DNA of 64,000 nt from Octopus sinensis. Taxonomy: Eukaryota. Made by a program: the position numbers and the translations under genes. The notes under the pieces are model-generated. The model was given only the letters and a program-made list of their open reading frames with translations. It had not been told where the DNA came from and did no database searches. Of the stretch, positions 62,661 to 64,000 are shown piece by piece (within the stretch, counting starts at the first letter, position 1; the number at the start of each line of letters is the position of its first letter). The stretch spans positions 14,942,001 to 15,006,000 of the forward strand of contig NC_043010.1 of assembly GCF_006345805.1 (NCBI RefSeq), written 5' to 3'.

Positions 62661-63331
62661 ACCTTAGCAATGACAGTGAAGGTAGCGTCATTTGCAGTAT
62701 TAGCTTCAACAACGACAAGCACAACAGCAATAGCAAAAAGAACATGTAAAATTAGAAATAAATATAAGAACGACAAAAAAAAAGCGAAAATGTAACGTTA
62801 CAAGGTTAAGAATGTTTTAAAACCGAAAGTGAAAGTAAAAATTGATTGTACGAACGCTAAAGTTATGTTGTGGGAGTGAATGAGTTGAAATTCATAATTA
62901 ACTGAACTGCTTCATGTTCAACCGGAAGTCAGTGAAAGGTATTTTAAAGGGTGACCTTTTTTTTTTTTGACATAGTAAAACATAAAGGGAAAGTTGTAAT
63001 GATTAACCAGAATCAAGCTTGATGCACACACGCACACGTTTGATTGTTGTAGTTTGCGACTGTGACTATTGTGATTGATAATGGCGGTGGCTAATCCACG
63101 CTGGTGGTGGTTGTGTGGGGGGAAAGATATTAACGGTGTAGTGATGGTAGGATTGTTGCGATGATGACTGTGTGGGAGTAATGGCGGCGATAGGGAATTC
63201 AGTGTTGCTGTAACATGTTAGAGTGCATGGACACTGAGAAGGACCACATTAAATAACTGAATTTCATATTCAAATTAATTGATTTGTGAGGGCGAAAAAG
63301 AGGGAGGTATGTGTGTGAGAGAGAGATAGGA

Positions 63332-63370
<39 letters not shown>

Positions 63371-63371
63371 A

Positions 63372-63438
63372 GAGAGCAGAGTTGGGAGACCGAGATATAT
63401 ACATATATATATATATAGAGAGAGAGCAGAGTTGGGAG

Positions 63439-63478
<40 letters not shown>

Positions 63479-63504
63479 AGAGAGAGCAGAGTTGGGAGAC
63501 CGAG

Positions 63505-63539
<35 letters not shown>

Positions 63540-63557
63540 CAGAGTTGGGAGACCGAG

Positions 63558-63593
<36 letters not shown>

Positions 63594-63619
63594 CAGAGTT
63601 GGGAGACTGATATATATAT

Positions 63620-63656
<37 letters not shown>

Positions 63657-63674
63657 CAGAGTTGGGAGACTGAG

Positions 63675-63708
<34 letters not shown>

Positions 63709-63727
63709 CAGAGTTGGGAGACCGAGA
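63372..63727. repeat. Compound minisatellite: 7 copies of GCAGAGTTGGGAGAC(C/T)GA separated by (TA)n(GA)n
   Basis: Cores near 63375, 63426, 63486, 63539, 63593, 63656 and 63708. Confidence 0.93.
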
Positions 63728-64000
63728 GATATAGAGAAAGGGATGTAAAGGAAAATACGAAAGAATTGTTGCAGTTTAGCTTCATTTAGCCTTGGTCGAA
63801 CAGGTTCATAGCAGGAGACAATTATGTACGATGGACATATCTAGTATTTTAGTTCCAATTTTATCATGGTACTACTTACCGGAGAACAACTCTATACTTT
63901 ATCACATATGTTAGTTTAAGGAATGGATGGAAGTGTGCTAGTGTGGGCACAATACAATTCATTCGTTGTTTGGTCATTTTATGAAGACTGGAAAGATGTT

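Noticed and set aside
63372-63727. Repeat-spacer array superficially like CRISPR
   Set aside because: Spacers are (TA)n(GA)n microsatellites, the context is eukaryotic, and there are no cas genes.

Overview
Repeat-saturated, AT-rich eukaryotic DNA with no host protein-coding gene that I can support; almost every ORF in the supplied track is a microsatellite artefact. The SINE families and microsatellite load point to a cephalopod (Octopus-like) genome (inference, no search run). Contents: an internally deleted Tc1 transposon with intact TIRs and TA TSD; four copies of a GG-terminal MITE with 8-bp TSDs; a Helitron/HINE-like element; about 25 SINE copies from three families; an RTE LINE with a 5' inversion; a 5'-truncated Penelope-like element (RT + GIY-YIG); a cluster of R4/Dong-like (RLE) LINE 3' ends stacked in (TAA)n arrays; and about 7 kb of mosaic trinucleotide repeats. 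The most interesting layer has no ORF at all. Eleven hammerhead-ribozyme motifs (two with fully intact catalytic cores, three with a covarying U3-A8 core) sit mostly in short (TA)n-flanked Penelope terminal-repeat remnants. They co-occur with a series of fold-back palindromes whose apices or junctions fall on ribozyme stems or on (TA)n tracts, and two of these carry inverted copies of flanking DNA. A second candidate system is a SINE family whose TSDs and internal dimer junctions repeatedly start at GGTA.
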